Assembly (NCBI GenBank): GCA_000320545.1 | Contig: ADNK01002758.1 | Coordinates: 62,001-126,000, forward strand | DNA length: 64,000 nt | Source: Bigelowiella natans CCMP2755 | Taxonomy: Eukaryota; Protista; Cercozoa | Direction of reading: 5' to 3' | In this document: positions 14,461-27,449 of the stretch, in pieces | Position numbering within the stretch: position 1 is the first letter of the stretch | How the letters are laid out: each line of letters opens with the position of its first letter | Translations under genes and position numbers: made by a program | The notes under the pieces: model-generated | Databases searched by the model: none | The model's input: only the letters and a program-made list of their open reading frames with translations | Told to the model about the DNA's origin: nothing

Positions 14461-15602
14461 CGATGGCTATAAGTAATACTTAGCATGGCAATTTGCATCA
14501 CATCTATAAAGTAATAATCACAAAACTACTACTGACTGCTACCAATGAACTACTACTACTACTTTTCAGAAAAGTTTTCCTTCTTGCGACATTGTGATAT
14601 AAGCACAGCCTGATTAATATTAATGCTAATATCAATCCAATTTATGCTTAGTCCACCCTAGATCTCAACAACAAACACACATAAAACACAAACGAATATA
14701 TCTTACAACGCCCCCCCTCCCCCCTCTCCCTCTCCATTAATTTCCTCCTAAAATCTCCCACTTGTAGCTTATTACCTGAACTGCTGCAAGAACGCCACAG
14801 GGACCGTTTTTGGGTTGCACAATTCCGAGAGGAAACTTGGCATCAAAGGATAGCCCCTGAGTTATTACATTCTCCATCAATTTTTGATGCACACTGATAC
14901 GCAAATGAATTTACATAATGTATGTGTGTGTGTGTGTGTGTGTGTGTATGGTTCACGGAAAGGTATGGTGAAACATACTGAAGGAGGGAGACTTCACCTA
15001 CAACGAACTAACTAATGCTGCGTGTGAATCTCTTTCTCATGATACCGTCATTATCATATTCATCCTCCTCCTCCTCCTCCTACCTGCGTCAACCAAGCAT
15101 CTGGGATGTTCTTTGCTTCTGGCCAAATGCTGCTATACCTTTTCGGTGAATGATGGTGCACAGTAATAAGGACTCGTAATAAGGACTCTACTACAAAAAT
15201 AGAACCGTTACGTGGTTCCTCAAAAATTTATAACATGTGATGATAAATCTAGTATCAAGGTATTGAGTCTTCGTTAAAGGATTACAACAACAGCCGATGG
15301 AACGCTGCTGCACATCAATAACTCTTTTCTCAGTGGAAGATAATGCAACAAACTAAAAGTCTACTGTTACCAATCAGGAACTTTGAATCCAAGAGAAGGT
15401 TTGGATGATGTCGCCCCTCCTCCTCCCCCACCTCCTCCTCCGTCTCCGGACATAGACAGGAATCTATGGATACAAGAAGAAGAATGCACAAATCATCAAC
15501 GAGAACGCAGAAACTTGCTTACAGAGAGTAAAATGGAGCAAAATCTCCGCCTCCTAATTCCTTTTATGAAGCGAGCATATGTTTTATTCGTTGTATCCTT
15601 CC

Positions 15603-15651
<49 letters not shown>

Positions 15652-15789
15652 CTCACATGCCTTTCTTTTCTTCCTCTGCTAAGATTTTTCAACTTACAAG
15701 TTTACAGCTGCTTCAGGATTTCCCCCAGCCATCTCTAGGTAGGCCTTAGCTTCATTTTCAGGAACTCCGAAGGCTACTAGGGTTTCCAT
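8888..15789 (-). CDS. MINDY-3/4 (FAM188)-family deubiquitinase with N-terminal UBA-like domain and an inserted RanBP2/NZF-like zinc finger
   Basis: Spliced translation: METLVAFGVPENEAKAYLEMAGGNPEAAVNLF (UBA-like); DAWLTQ|GLSFDAKFPLGIVQPKNGPCGVLAAVQ (catalytic Gln/Cys); GGCVLVVYSAALTRG; TSELISLLIRGKAGGNV; LKSPKSPVWILHGGDHFTTLW (catalytic His); FYHWNGLP; C-terminus KNILWTKFP|GAEITWEE...* with the stop at 8888. All are MINDY3/4 hallmarks. Confidence 0.88.
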
Positions 15790-16452
15790 TGTTTTATGAT
15801 GATGATGTATGCTCTATGAATGGGATGATCACTGCTGTGAGCAGTAGGTGGCAACTGTGGTTCCAGTGACGATTTTTTTCAGGCCTCACCTACTTACTTA
15901 CTTTTTGACCATTTAGTCCTTGTCGTAGGGCGAGAATGACCACCATCACAGTAATAATGAGTCGCATTACTGAGGATTCCTATACCGGTAATTTATCGAG
16001 TAACAGACCAAAAAGCTGCGGTTTATCCTAAGAACAACTACAACACTGCTACGAGGATACGCATATAAAATTTTCAGACTTTTATTTATGCGGTGATAAT
16101 CTTAAAAGTTGTAATTTATCTTAACAACAAGTACAACAACACTTCTGCAAGCACCGCCCCTGCGATTCATCCAGACAGAATCATTGCCTCACAAAGTAGG
16201 AGCAGGACACCATCTGTTTAGTATCCCTCTCCTGATCACCTATCTGTTTCGCCTCCTACTCCTCCTCCTCCCCCCCTTCTTTTCTTCTTCTTCTTCCTCT
16301 TCGTCTTCTTTTGCCTAAGAAACTATAAGCAATCTTAAAGAATCTAGCCACCACCAGCACGTGTTAAGAAGACATCTAATATGATGCACACGCCGATGAA
16401 TATGAAGGAAGGAGGGTAATCAATAGCGTTGGAGAAGGCAATTCGTTCCACG

Positions 16453-19321
16453 ATGAACAAAGATTCTGCCAATACAGGGAAAACGACAACAGGGGCGGAG
16501 GTCGACAACATAGGTATGTATCTGCTCTCTTCTCTTTCTAATCGTGCTCCTAAACGTGAATGGTTGTTATAGTCCTTACGGAAGGAAAATCTCCATCAAT
16601 CGATCAAAAAAGTTCACTGAATAACAGCAAAAAACCGTAATAATAACAACGAGTAGCAACCAACCACCACTAACTAGACACTCTTTCAATTGGCATATTA
16701 AATAAAAAACATCATGAGGATTTATAAGCATCGTCGTCGTCATCATTATCATCATCGTCGTCGTCGATATGATTACTGTCTTCCAACCTCCTTGTTGCTG
16801 ACTCACAACCACCTTGCACAGAATGACAGAAATGAAGGTGGATGGTGAAATCGTAACTTTGTACAATGACGAACACTTTAGTACCGTGAGGACAAAGATT
16901 TTTAACGTAATAATACGAATCACAACAACAGCAACGATAATGATAATAATACTAATACTAATAATAATAATAATAATCATAATAACATTTGGCGGTGGAT
17001 GATCTCATGTTTTTTGCGCTGCTGTTTCTTTCTCTAGTTAAGTGATTATCAATAATGATGCATATTGTAGATAATACCTCGTCTTGTTTCCAACCTATGA
17101 TTGCGTTATTATCACTTACTTGTTTTTTTGACTTCGTATATCCTTTATGATGAGATTGTTAAATCATCCATTGTCGTGTTTGTTCTATTTCCTTCCTGCT
17201 GCTTGCTGCTGCAGATATCGTCAGCTGAAAATCTCCTCAAAGACTTTAAATTTGAGCAACTTACCCACGGAGGAGGTATATAAACAACCACACGCATTTA
17301 CTAATAACCATAAGCGAGAGTTGTTAGTTCCTGTGCATGCACATTTCCAACAGTAGTTTCTTGGGTGTAGAGAGCAAGCAGCAGAGAATATTTTATGCGG
17401 TGGGGGACTGAAAAGAAGAGGGGAAGAAGAAAACACGCTTGTAATTATGATTGATAGTGTTGAATAACCATAATTATCGTTGCCACTATTGTTGTCTATA
17501 AAATCAGCATGATATGCGATATAACACAACCACTGCCATTGTTGTTGTTTTTGTTATTGTAATAACTAGGCAAAGGGGGTTCTCCCTTAGCATTTCTGCC
17601 TAGTGGCTATATTGTGAAAGAAATAAACTCGGTAGTAGGATAGTAGGACACCACCACCACCACCAACAATAACAACATTAACAACAACGTGAGTAAGCAC
17701 CTATTACTACTCTCACGACAACTAATACAGAACAGATCACTATCCCCATTAGCAGCATCATCATCATCATCATCACCATCATCATCGCCGTCTCCATCAT
17801 CATAAGCACCACCATCCATCATTAAGGGAGATAATGAATCATTGCTGGAAATGACGGAAGCTTTGTGCAAGAGGGCATTGGGGAAAAACACCTTCATCGT
17901 AACCTTTCTTGCTCATTTTAAAACGAAGAGAAGTGGCAGGTAGGATACTACTATTGCTACTACTATACTACTACTACTACTACTACTACGACTACTAATA
18001 TCTACTAATATCTACTCATCATCATACGAAGAGAAACTTCTGTATTAGATGTTGGTTTCATTGCACTTATTAATTCCGAAAAGAGCTCCTAAGCCATGTG
18101 TTTTCGTTGTAGTAGTATTCTGATTGTACTACTACTTAAGATCTTTTATCGATCGATGGTGTTTATAGTGAATGACCTCCAGTCTCTTATCACTTTATAT
18201 ACACATGATGATACTGCTACATTGGCTGCTGTGACCGCAGAAACTATGCGGCAATGTCCAATGCCTTTCACGTTCATGGAGTCAGTAAAGATGCAAAGGT
18301 TTGTGCGTGTGTGTGCAATGATAATGATGATGATGATAATGATGATGATGCCGGTTATTCGTATTCGATGTTAACGATGATGAGAAGGCCATATCCAAAA
18401 CATGCACAAAACCTAAAAGTGGATGGTGGTAATGATGAGTAATGATGATTAATGATGATGATGATGATGATGATGAAAGGTGTTTTGGAAGTACATGTTC
18501 GATCTTAAGGGCTGTAGGGATGATAGGATGATGAGATTCAACAATCAAAAAGTTCCGGTGAGTAAGTAAATAAGTAAGTGAGTAGTGTGTGATGATTACT
18601 GCTGAGCGAATAATCAACCAATTAGTACTATCGGTGGGTGAGTGCTTAATCATTATTAATGCTGCTTCCAAAAAAAGGAGGGGGCACCAAACCACCATCA
18701 TCATCACCATCACTGCTATCACTACTACTACCATGATGAAATCATCATATCAAAACTCCAACATATGGTCAATGTCGTGTTGGCGTGCATATATGTATCA
18801 CTATGTTGTATATTCTCGAGTCCTCTTCCACTAGCCAAAGAGGTTAATATTAAGTCTAGTAGTAGTAGTCAAGATGCCAAGGGCATAATGATGATGATGA
18901 TGGTGAGGATGATACTCTATACCCTCTACTGCATTTCCTCTTATACTATAATCTCTTACTTGCAGGAGATTCACAAACGGTTTTGGATGTTCTACAACTG
19001 TTGGTGATGATGATGATGATGCTGATGATGAAGATGACAAATATATGATGATGAAAATAATGATGATAGTTTTATTCCGTTGAAGCAGTAGTTGTAGAAA
19101 ATGCTATGTTGTGTTGTATATTATTAGAAAAACAATATGTATTTTTTGTATCGTAGCATATTTACCAACATGCTTCTTCTTTCCTCAATTTCTTAACTAT
19201 ACACCTCATAATTATTTTGAACACCGAAGGTATTGCTGCGATCTGTTTGAGTGTCAAAACTGCAGCTGTTGCGATCTTAAGGAGAGAGGCGTGTAAGTAT
19301 ATTTCAGTGTATTATATGTGA

Positions 19322-19367
<46 letters not shown>

Positions 19368-19981
19368 TAGAGAGAGAGAGAAGAAGAAGAAGAAGAAGAA
19401 GAAGAAGAAGATTATGATGCTGATCGTGATGGTTTCAGTATTTCAAAAACTGTTTTTTAAGTATTGAAGACAAAAAAGTGATAATGGGGATCCTTGTTGG
19501 TTGGTGTTACTACTTTGGTACCCATGGTGGTAATAGTAGTATAAGTTGTTTCGTAGAGCACATCATTCTCTTCTATTATCATAAACATATACTCATCGAA
19601 TGATTTCTTCTCATTATTATTATTATTATTATATGAACATCTACATTCTCATCTCCCACTAGATATTACCAGGGGAAAGTGGAAGCATACCAAGGAAAGC
19701 TACAATTGACCAAAACACAAAAACACGTCTTTGCGCAGGTGTTAATGATATGATTAGTTTGACTCCTCGTCCACTGAGTAGTAAAAGTAGTTTGCTGTTG
19801 TTTGTTGTTGTTTGTTGTTGTTTTTTGTTGTTTGTTAGTAGTTATAGTAGAGTAGCGGTAGTAGTAGTAGTAGTAGTAGTAGCTATTATTATTGATAGGG
19901 TGAGCAATCATCAGTCCACACATCATACTGCTCATATTAACAATGAGCAATCATCAGTTCACACATCATACTGCTCATATT

Positions 19982-20012
<31 letters not shown>

Positions 20013-20013
20013 C

Positions 20014-20051
<38 letters not shown>

Positions 20052-20481
20052 TCTAGAGGCTTAAGGGCGATGCGGAGTTCCTGAATAGTTTTGGGGTTAT
20101 GGACTACTCGCTGTTAGTGGGAGTGCAGTCTTACAAATCAATCGAGGTGCTGCTGCTCACAACTACTACTTCTACCACTCATCATCAGCTTGCATATGCA
20201 TCTTCATCATCACGACGACTACAAACAACGATTGTAACATGTGCTTCTCCCTTCCGCTTCCACATTTTGAGCTTATTGTTTATGCATATATGAGCTTATT
20301 GTTTATGCATGCATGTATGTGTAGGAGGCAAAAAAAGCAGGAATATGGCCAAGAGCAGCTAGTGGTGGAAATGGCGATAGTGATGATCAGGGATCTCAAT
20401 TCGTCTGCCGGATCAAAGATCAAGAGACCGGGGATATCTTGTACCTAGGTAGCACTAGTAGTAGTGGTAGTTGTTGCTGTT

Positions 20482-20519
<38 letters not shown>

Positions 20520-20721
20520 TCATATTGATATTATACTGGTAAAATTGATGAGGCTTATCTAACCCAAGCATTCTTCTTTGGAATCGTGGATTTCTTCCAG
20601 AAGTGGAATGCTGCAAAGGTAGTAAGTTGTGTCTGCTCTATGCGAGTTGTTTCACCATCATCACACGACAATTAAATAAACAAAGATTGCTACTACACCG
20701 AGGGTAGATCCTTTTAAAAGG

Positions 20722-20765
<44 letters not shown>

Positions 20766-21716
20766 GTGCTGCAAATCTTCTCTTATGTTCAGATCATAGC
20801 GAGAACAGTAAAACTGTGTTGCTTCTGTTGTGCGCCGAAACCACTCTCCACTGTCCAGCCAGGTATTATTTGGGTTGATATTCTCATCATCATCATCATC
20901 ATTATCAGCAGCATCGTCACCAATCTGTTGGCACTCATCACTCATCATATATTTCTTGTTTGTGTGTTGCTTCAATCAATGCTCTTCTCTTCTCATCTCA
21001 AGACCGTTATAGCGTGCAATTCACTGATCACATCACTAGGAAGTTTCTCGTAAGAACAACGCCAACATCAACGCATGAGAAAGAACGTTGGCAGCAGATG
21101 TTTTTGGATAAATAGCTCTGTAGCATTGATCCGTCGTTGACATACCCAAGTACAGCCTTATCGTCTTTATCGTGACTATATATTTGTCGTGACACCTATT
21201 GTTCATTGTTTGGTACAATCACACAAACCATATTGTGTTTGCTAGCAACGCTGCTGCTCCTGCTGCTGCTGCTGGTAGTAGTGCTCTAAGTATACTTTGT
21301 ACTAATTGCAAATATTCACGCAGCCAACAGGATGGGAGATAGATCCTCACGACAACGATGACGATGCTGCTAGTATCATCATCAAAGGAGGAGGAGGTGG
21401 CGGAGAGGAAAAGAACAAGAGCAAGAAGGCCTCCGGTGGTAGCAGCCAGCAGGAAAGCAAATCGATTCATTCTTCCGGAGATCGAAAGGAGACCAATGAG
21501 AAGAAAATGACGACTAATGAAGCTGGGGAACCAACGAATTCCAACGTAAATGATGATGTATCACTTCCCCCACAAAACCCTTCGGACAGTGCTAAGGAAA
21601 CTACTGACGGTGCTGATGCAAAATGCAAAGACGTGAAAGAGGGAAAGCAGGTGGAGCAGAAACAAGATGAGAACATCATTACAAACCCGCCTGAAGCAAT
21701 TACTTCAGCTTCATAA
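16453..21716 (+). CDS. Phosphatidylinositol phosphate kinase (PIP5K/PIPK family)
   Basis: Exons encode GGG|KGGSPLAFLPSGYIVKEI, YMFDLKGCRDDR, LKGDAEFLNSFGVMDYSLLVGV, FFFGIVDFFQKWNAAK and KPLSTVQP|DRYSVQF, followed by a low-complexity C-terminus (ORF 21306-21716). Start at 16453 is inferred. Confidence 0.88.
19901..19986. repeat. 43-bp tandem duplication in a PIP5K intron
   Basis: tgagcaatcatcagtYcacacatcatactgctcatattaacaa x2 with one mismatch. Each unit contains a TGAGCA...TGCTCA inverted pair. Confidence 0.85.
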
Positions 21717-21789
21717 GTAGAGGGGAAGGCTGGTCATGTCTAGATATCATAAGGAAGAGAAAAAGCAGGTAATCCTCAAAACGGATACT

Positions 21790-22600
21790 GCACATGATGA
21801 GCATGAACAATGCTAGAATACCGCGTCAACAATGCATGTACCTACCTAGTTCTAGGGTTACGTAGCATGGGACTAACATGCAGATCTCATCATTAATTGA
21901 TGCTATCATGCTAGCATGCACAGTCCTAGACTAGTAGACTAATAGAGTCTACCAGTCTAGCCAGTCTAGCAGTGTTTGTGTAATACTGGAATGTTTCGCT
22001 CGATTCGACCCACTAATGCTCTAGTCTAGCTAGAGTAGTGCTTGTCGGGCGGGCCATCTAGCTCTTGTTGCGGTTTGATCAACAGCGTGCGCGCATGCAC
22101 ATTGCTAGATTGAAACGTCTAGCTAGCTAGCACTACTAGTTAGCTAGACTAGCGACTGTACTAGCTAGCTAGTCTAGTAGTGTAGATCACACATCTCTGA
22201 TTTAGCTAGCTATGCTAGCTAGCATGCGAGCATGCTAGCATGGCTAGATGGTGCAGTTAAAACCATGATCAATTAAAAGCAAATCTGCTAGCAGTCTCGT
22301 CAATCAAGCAAGCTGTGGACATGCAGTTTACTAGCAGGCTAGCTAGCTAGCTAGTAGGTTGCATGAGCTTCACTAGTTCGATCATTTTGCACACGACACA
22401 ACTAGACAAGCCGAGTACGTAGCACAGCTCGCTAGCTCGACAGCATGCACAATTACGTACATGCTAGCATCTAGAGCATGTCTGAACAGATGCACACAGC
22501 TAGCCAACCTAGACACTTATGTTGCGCTATCTAGCTTAGCTATGCTACTGCTGTTAAATGTACATACATACATTGCCAGAGTCTGCAATCACCACATTTA
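21790..22600. other. CTAG-rich intergenic island 2 (convergent gap)
   Basis: Very dense ctag/gctagc runs (e.g. 22119-22175). CATGCTAGCATG occurs at 21907 and 22231. Confidence 0.85.
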
Positions 22601-22694
22601 CAATGCGCACGAATCTATGGTACAAATTTGACTCATACCATCACATCAGCACGTTGAACGATACGTATGCTGAGTGTCAGCGTGTGTATATTAT

Positions 22695-22743
22695 TGCTTA
22701 AATGGCACTTGCTTTATACTGCTTAAATGGCACTTGCTTTATT
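22695..22743. repeat. 25-bp-period tandem duplication downstream of the DOMON-Hint gene
   Basis: tgcttaaatggcacttgctttat x2. Confidence 0.85.
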
Positions 22744-22824
22744 ATATTTGAATATCATGATATCTGTGTCATCTAAATTTGGTCATACCGTATCGTCATA
22801 TATGAAACAGCCTTTGCAGTAATC

Positions 22825-25019
22825 TCAGAAGAGAGAATACACGGCTTGTGCAACCTTACCAAGCTGCTGATGAGCGCTGACAACGAAATCAGCTTCAAAG
22901 AAAAACTTAGGCAGAACCTTGGCAGCACAACGATGGATGTGGTAGAAAGCATTGACAATGCCGTGGTTGACTGCAAAAGATGAAGCACGGAGTCCATCCA
23001 CAACGATAAGACCGTGGGAGTGGTCAGTAATGACAGAGTAGATTCCTTCTCCCCTAAAACGGCCAATTTGAATGACTTTCTCAGGTCCATCCACTCCAGA
23101 AAGGCACATTGCAAGTGTGACATCAGATGCATGGTAGAGCTCAAATTTAGAGTCCTTCCCACAGTCGTTTGCAAGGATGAGGTGCTTCCTGGATAGCTGA
23201 ATGCGGCTAGCCTTGTTGGTGGTCAACTCAAGGAAACGGATCTTGTGATTGTTGCCCTTGGTGTGAGGAAGGAAAACCACCTTACCATGAGTGAGACTTC
23301 CATCTTCAGCAGTCACAACAACCGATTCACCAATGGTGATATCCTTGATAGCCTTCTTTTCTCCGCTCTTGAGCGTAAGCATAGAGGACCCCGAAAAGCA
23401 AACATCGTCTCCGTCATCATCTCCATCATCCTCAACCATACCGTCAGCGGACAAATCGACCATCCCTGCAGAGCGATCGTTTGCAGCATGCTGTGCTACT
23501 GCATCGCTTCCAGAAGTAGCCCAGATCATGGTCTGAGGTCCCTGGATACCGATATCGAAGTCACCTCTGAGAAACAACCACAATTATAATTAGCGTACGT
23601 TAGAAAATGACCGTCAGTCGTAAGGTATTTGAAAAATGTCGTTCATGCATCTTATGTTGTAACATATGCATGTTATGTTGCAATACCCTCTGAGATTGAT
23701 CGTAAACTGAACGGTAGTCGTAGTCCCATCATCGAAGCAGAAGGTGTTTGAGATGGACTGGTTCAACCCAGCGATAGGTTGACGGCCGTTAAAGACGAAA
23801 CTGTCGACCAACAACCAAGAAAGTCGGTTAGAATAACAGAAACGTTCAACTTCATTTGATCGGTGGTCGTCTATCGTCTCTAAAAACTTACTCTTCAAGA
23901 AGAGTAGGCTGCCCTCCATTTGGTCCACAGAATCCGATGATAGCTTGTCCGTTGACCATAGGAGTAGCTGCTATTGGACCTGCGAAGCCAATTGCCACGT
24001 ATCCTACGACTTGTGCGCTGACTTGGAATGCGATCTGGGTTTGACTTACAGACCATTGGAAGGAGAGGCCATTGGTTGGGGTAGTGAAGGAACACTGGTA
24101 CTGGCCTTGAACAACGTCACCACCCACAACACATGGCCCACTGATAGGAGGATCAAGGTCCACCTACGATGTTATTAAGGTCACGATCATATCACGAATG
24201 ACGACGATGGTATATTTGTAAAATGTGTCCAAATTATCACTTTCTGACTAAAAGAATATGAGGTTTTTATGGACAACCGTATTAGCTCCACGGTCAGCAA
24301 CTGCATGCTGTCCAAGCATGTCATTCTCGCTCGTGGCCCAGATCATTGTCATTGGCGTATCAGGCATGATGTCGAACGATTGACTGAAAAATCAAGTACA
24401 CCCTTTATTATGCCACTTGCAGATAGTAGTTCTTAGCGGGGCAATAAGAAGTACAACAAAGTGGGAATATCAATATAAGTAGGAATATTACGTAAACACT
24501 TACGCGTTTGGTGCAGCCAAAGTACGGGTGAATCGAACCGTAGTAGTGAGACCAGTGTCCAAGCAAGAAGCGTCTGATAGAATGGCACCCGTAGCTACTG
24601 GCTGTCTTCCATTGAAATTGTACCTAGAGAATAAATCACAATGAGACTGAGGAATACGATGTCATTCATGTATTGGTTGTGTGACATCCTGTGACTATTA
24701 TTTTCGTCGATCAGTATTACTCCTGCACGTCCATGATAGTGCCACCAACGTCGCAGAAGCCAATCCAGGCCATACCGTTTAGCATCGGAGTAGCAGGAGT
24801 GTCCCCACCAAATCCAAGTCCCACGTAGCCGTCAGCATTAGCGGTGATTTCGAAGGTGATGTGGGTGCCATTGATAGCCCAGGAGTATCGCAGCGCAGCA
24901 GGAAGCGTGGTCTGACGAGAGCACAAGTACTGGCCAGGAACGAGTGCCCTGGTGGTTGTACAAGCCTGTGCATCAGCAGCAGAGGCAAAGAGAGCCAGGA
25001 TTGCAAGGACCGTCAACAT
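22825..25019 (-). CDS. Secreted protein: signal peptide + two DOMON domains + acidic linker + Hedgehog-type Hint/Hog autoprocessing domain
   Basis: ATG 25019 (gctgccATG) begins MLTVLAILALFASAADA (signal peptide). DOMON1: YSWAINGTHITFEITANADGYVGLGFG..PMLNGMAWIG...MIWATS...QH..DRG. DOMON2: FQWSVSQTQIAFQVSAQVVGYVAIGF..PMVNGQAIIG...MIWATS..QH..NDR. Then EDDGDDDGDDV|CFSGSSMLTLKSGEKKAIKDITIGESV...IQLSRKHLI...GIYSVIT...IVVDGLRASSFA plus an SRR-like tail (HGIVNAFYHIHR). About 6 exons. Confidence 0.9.
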
Positions 25020-25255
25020 GGCAGCTAGGAGCTTGGGTTGTGATGTGCGAGGGGATGGATCCAAGCAGGATATTTTGCTCTGCCAGAAATAGACTTTTTT
25101 TTATAAAGTTGTTGCTCAGGCACAAGCCTTGCGTACATCTCACACGCACTTCTGTAGGCAATCATGTGATGGCCATCGCAAAGGGGATTCCTCGTCTGCT
25201 TCAACGTAGAATTGTTGATTCTGTGTGAAAGACGGCATGTTGGATTGCAGCAAGC

Positions 25256-26685
25256 ATGGTGGATAGCAGCGTGTTAACTAAGTGAGCCTGTCGGAGGACA
25301 AGACTGTTTGTGGAACCACAGAATCCCAATTGTTCATGCAATGCAATTCTGCTGCATTCTGCTGCATTCTGCTGCACGTGTAAAAAAAGAGCAATGCCTC
25401 AAAATCCCGGAGCCTTACCCCGATTCTGGTCTGCGACATCATTCTTTACTAGTCGTACCGAATCTTACAGCCTCTTATCTCTTCTTTATATTGAAAATAT
25501 TCAAATCGCAGGAGGATTTTGTAAAGTATGGATAGAATTAGATGTCGTAGATAGTAATTAGGTATTCCACTAATAAATATCAATTCATCGATTCCAGCCT
25601 TGTGCTCGCAGAGAGGGACATCTACCATCGCATCCACTGTGAGCAGCACTCTATGCTTATTTAATGAGCTACTCGTATGACTGGATTTGCAGGAGCATTA
25701 GCAAATATATGATCTAAGAGAAAGCTGATTAAATTGGATGCGTCCTTGACAGGTGGATAGGGGTCGGACTTCTACATGATGCATTATTACAATACCAACA
25801 GCAAACAAGTCGTCAAGCAGGTTGTAATGAGTACCACTGATTTATGAGTTTCAATTACTTGGATATTAAATCTATTATTGATGGTGGTTGCTGTGGCGAC
25901 ACTGACGAATACCATCCAAACATAGAGGTTCCAGCAAGCTGATAAAGATAAAGATGGAAAACTCTCTGTCGAGGTAACCATTGGTGAATGGTTACAAAAT
26001 ATGAAAATAAACAAACGTTTGAAGCGTCATTTACGTAATACACACCTAATACGGTTTGGATGCTTTGCAACGTGTTTGCCATTGTGATGGAATTTTAGTT
26101 CTTAACGAAGTTCTCCCTGCTTCCTGGCTCTTACTACCTGTAGGAATTTAGGCTGCATCTAAGCCAATGTTTGTCAGCAACAGAGGAGCAGGCAGGATTT
26201 TTGATGCATCAATTTGGTATTAAAAACTGTTCATATATTTGTCTTTTTTTCCCTTCATCTCGCATACTCGCAACATGAAACTCACGTTGATTTGCAAACG
26301 TATAACTATTCTGCTTGCTGGCTGCCGACTTCGCGTTGACTTCTTTGGCATTAAATCTTCGTATTGGACGATTTTGGGATTCAAGACACAAATCAAGATC
26401 ATTATGTAATTCAAGAACTTGGGGAAGGGGGGGGGGAAGACTGTAGTGCGCATATAGTATGCTGTGTAAGATTTCTCACACGATTTATGGCTCTTTGTGC
26501 ACCAAATATTTACATGATCCTCCTCATTATGGCGATTTTGTTATCCTAGTTATTTTTAATGTTTAATTTTCTTCATCACCAATGATTATTCAGATAGATG
26601 AGAAGGAGTTCACAGTTTTTGTCGAGTATGAAGTATTGGTACGCGTGCGCCACGTGCATTACTGCTTACACACACACACACACTA

Positions 26686-26745
<60 letters not shown>

Positions 26746-27279
26746 GTATGTATTTATGTTTCTTGACACCATTCATTTTTTATTATGATAGGCCAGGAAA
26801 GATGTTTCCTGCTGCCAGGTAATGTATATTTTAAAATCGTCGTCATGACAAGCACTGTTATTGAGGCTCTCTCTCTACACACCTAGGCGGCGATAATTGC
26901 CTTCTTGACTTTGTTCGCATATTGCTGTTGTATATGTACTCTGGGACTGGTAAGTCATGCCGAATGTGACACAAAGATAATAACGGGCTAGCAGGGGGAA
27001 TGGGGGCACAATGGTAGGGAAGGATGAGGATAAATATGCTCTTCTTTTCGGTTTGGCAGCACTATAATATATCGACATTTGTATTTCACACGCAGGCATG
27101 TATACCTTTCTATTTCTATATGGAAGATATTGAAGTAAAGAACCGGAAGAAAATATTAAATAAGGTGAATAAAATCAGATAGATTTGCAACTTCTATCAT
27201 GGCTAACACTTTCTCTTGATATTTGGTACAGTTGACACAACTGTCAAAGCAAGTCGAACAAAAGAGAGAAAAAGTGTGA
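25256..27279 (+). CDS. Small EF-hand-pair protein with Cys-rich C-terminal hydrophobic segment, built from very short exons (not visible in ORF track)
   Basis: Phase-consistent GT-AG exons: (MVDSSVLTN)KQVVKQ|RFQQADKDKDGKLSVE|EFRLHLSQCLSATEEQAGFLMHQF|DTNQDHY|IDEKEFTVFVEYEVL|ARKDVSCCQ|AAIIAFLTLFAYCCCICTLGL|ACIPFYFYMEDIEVKNRKKILNK|LTQLSKQVEQKREKV* (TGA 27277-27279). The first exon is uncertain. Confidence 0.78.
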
Positions 27280-27449
27280 CGGAACAATTCTAATTGTTGA
27301 AATCAAATGTCAACAGTACGTATTCAAATAAGTTCTTGCACTACTCTATGACTGTGCTATGCATTTTGTTAGTTCAAATGTAGATTAATGAACACTTCGA
27401 ATCAAACCTTCCCACAATTTTTCCCCGCACATGCATGGTATCACAGAAA

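Noticed and set aside
14875-14877. ATG at 14877 as the start of the MINDY gene
   Set aside because: Three upstream exons splice in frame (UBA, Gly linker, DAWLTQ) and restore the conserved W..QG.F motif, so the start is 15789.
1538-21012. Numerous ORFs with poly-H, poly-L, poly-Y, CVCV, YIYI or SLSL runs
   Set aside because: Translations of intronic microsatellites, not genes.
21790-22600. CRISPR-like or satellite array
   Set aside because: No fixed-length repeat/spacer periodicity, only short palindromic tetramers, and the context is eukaryotic.
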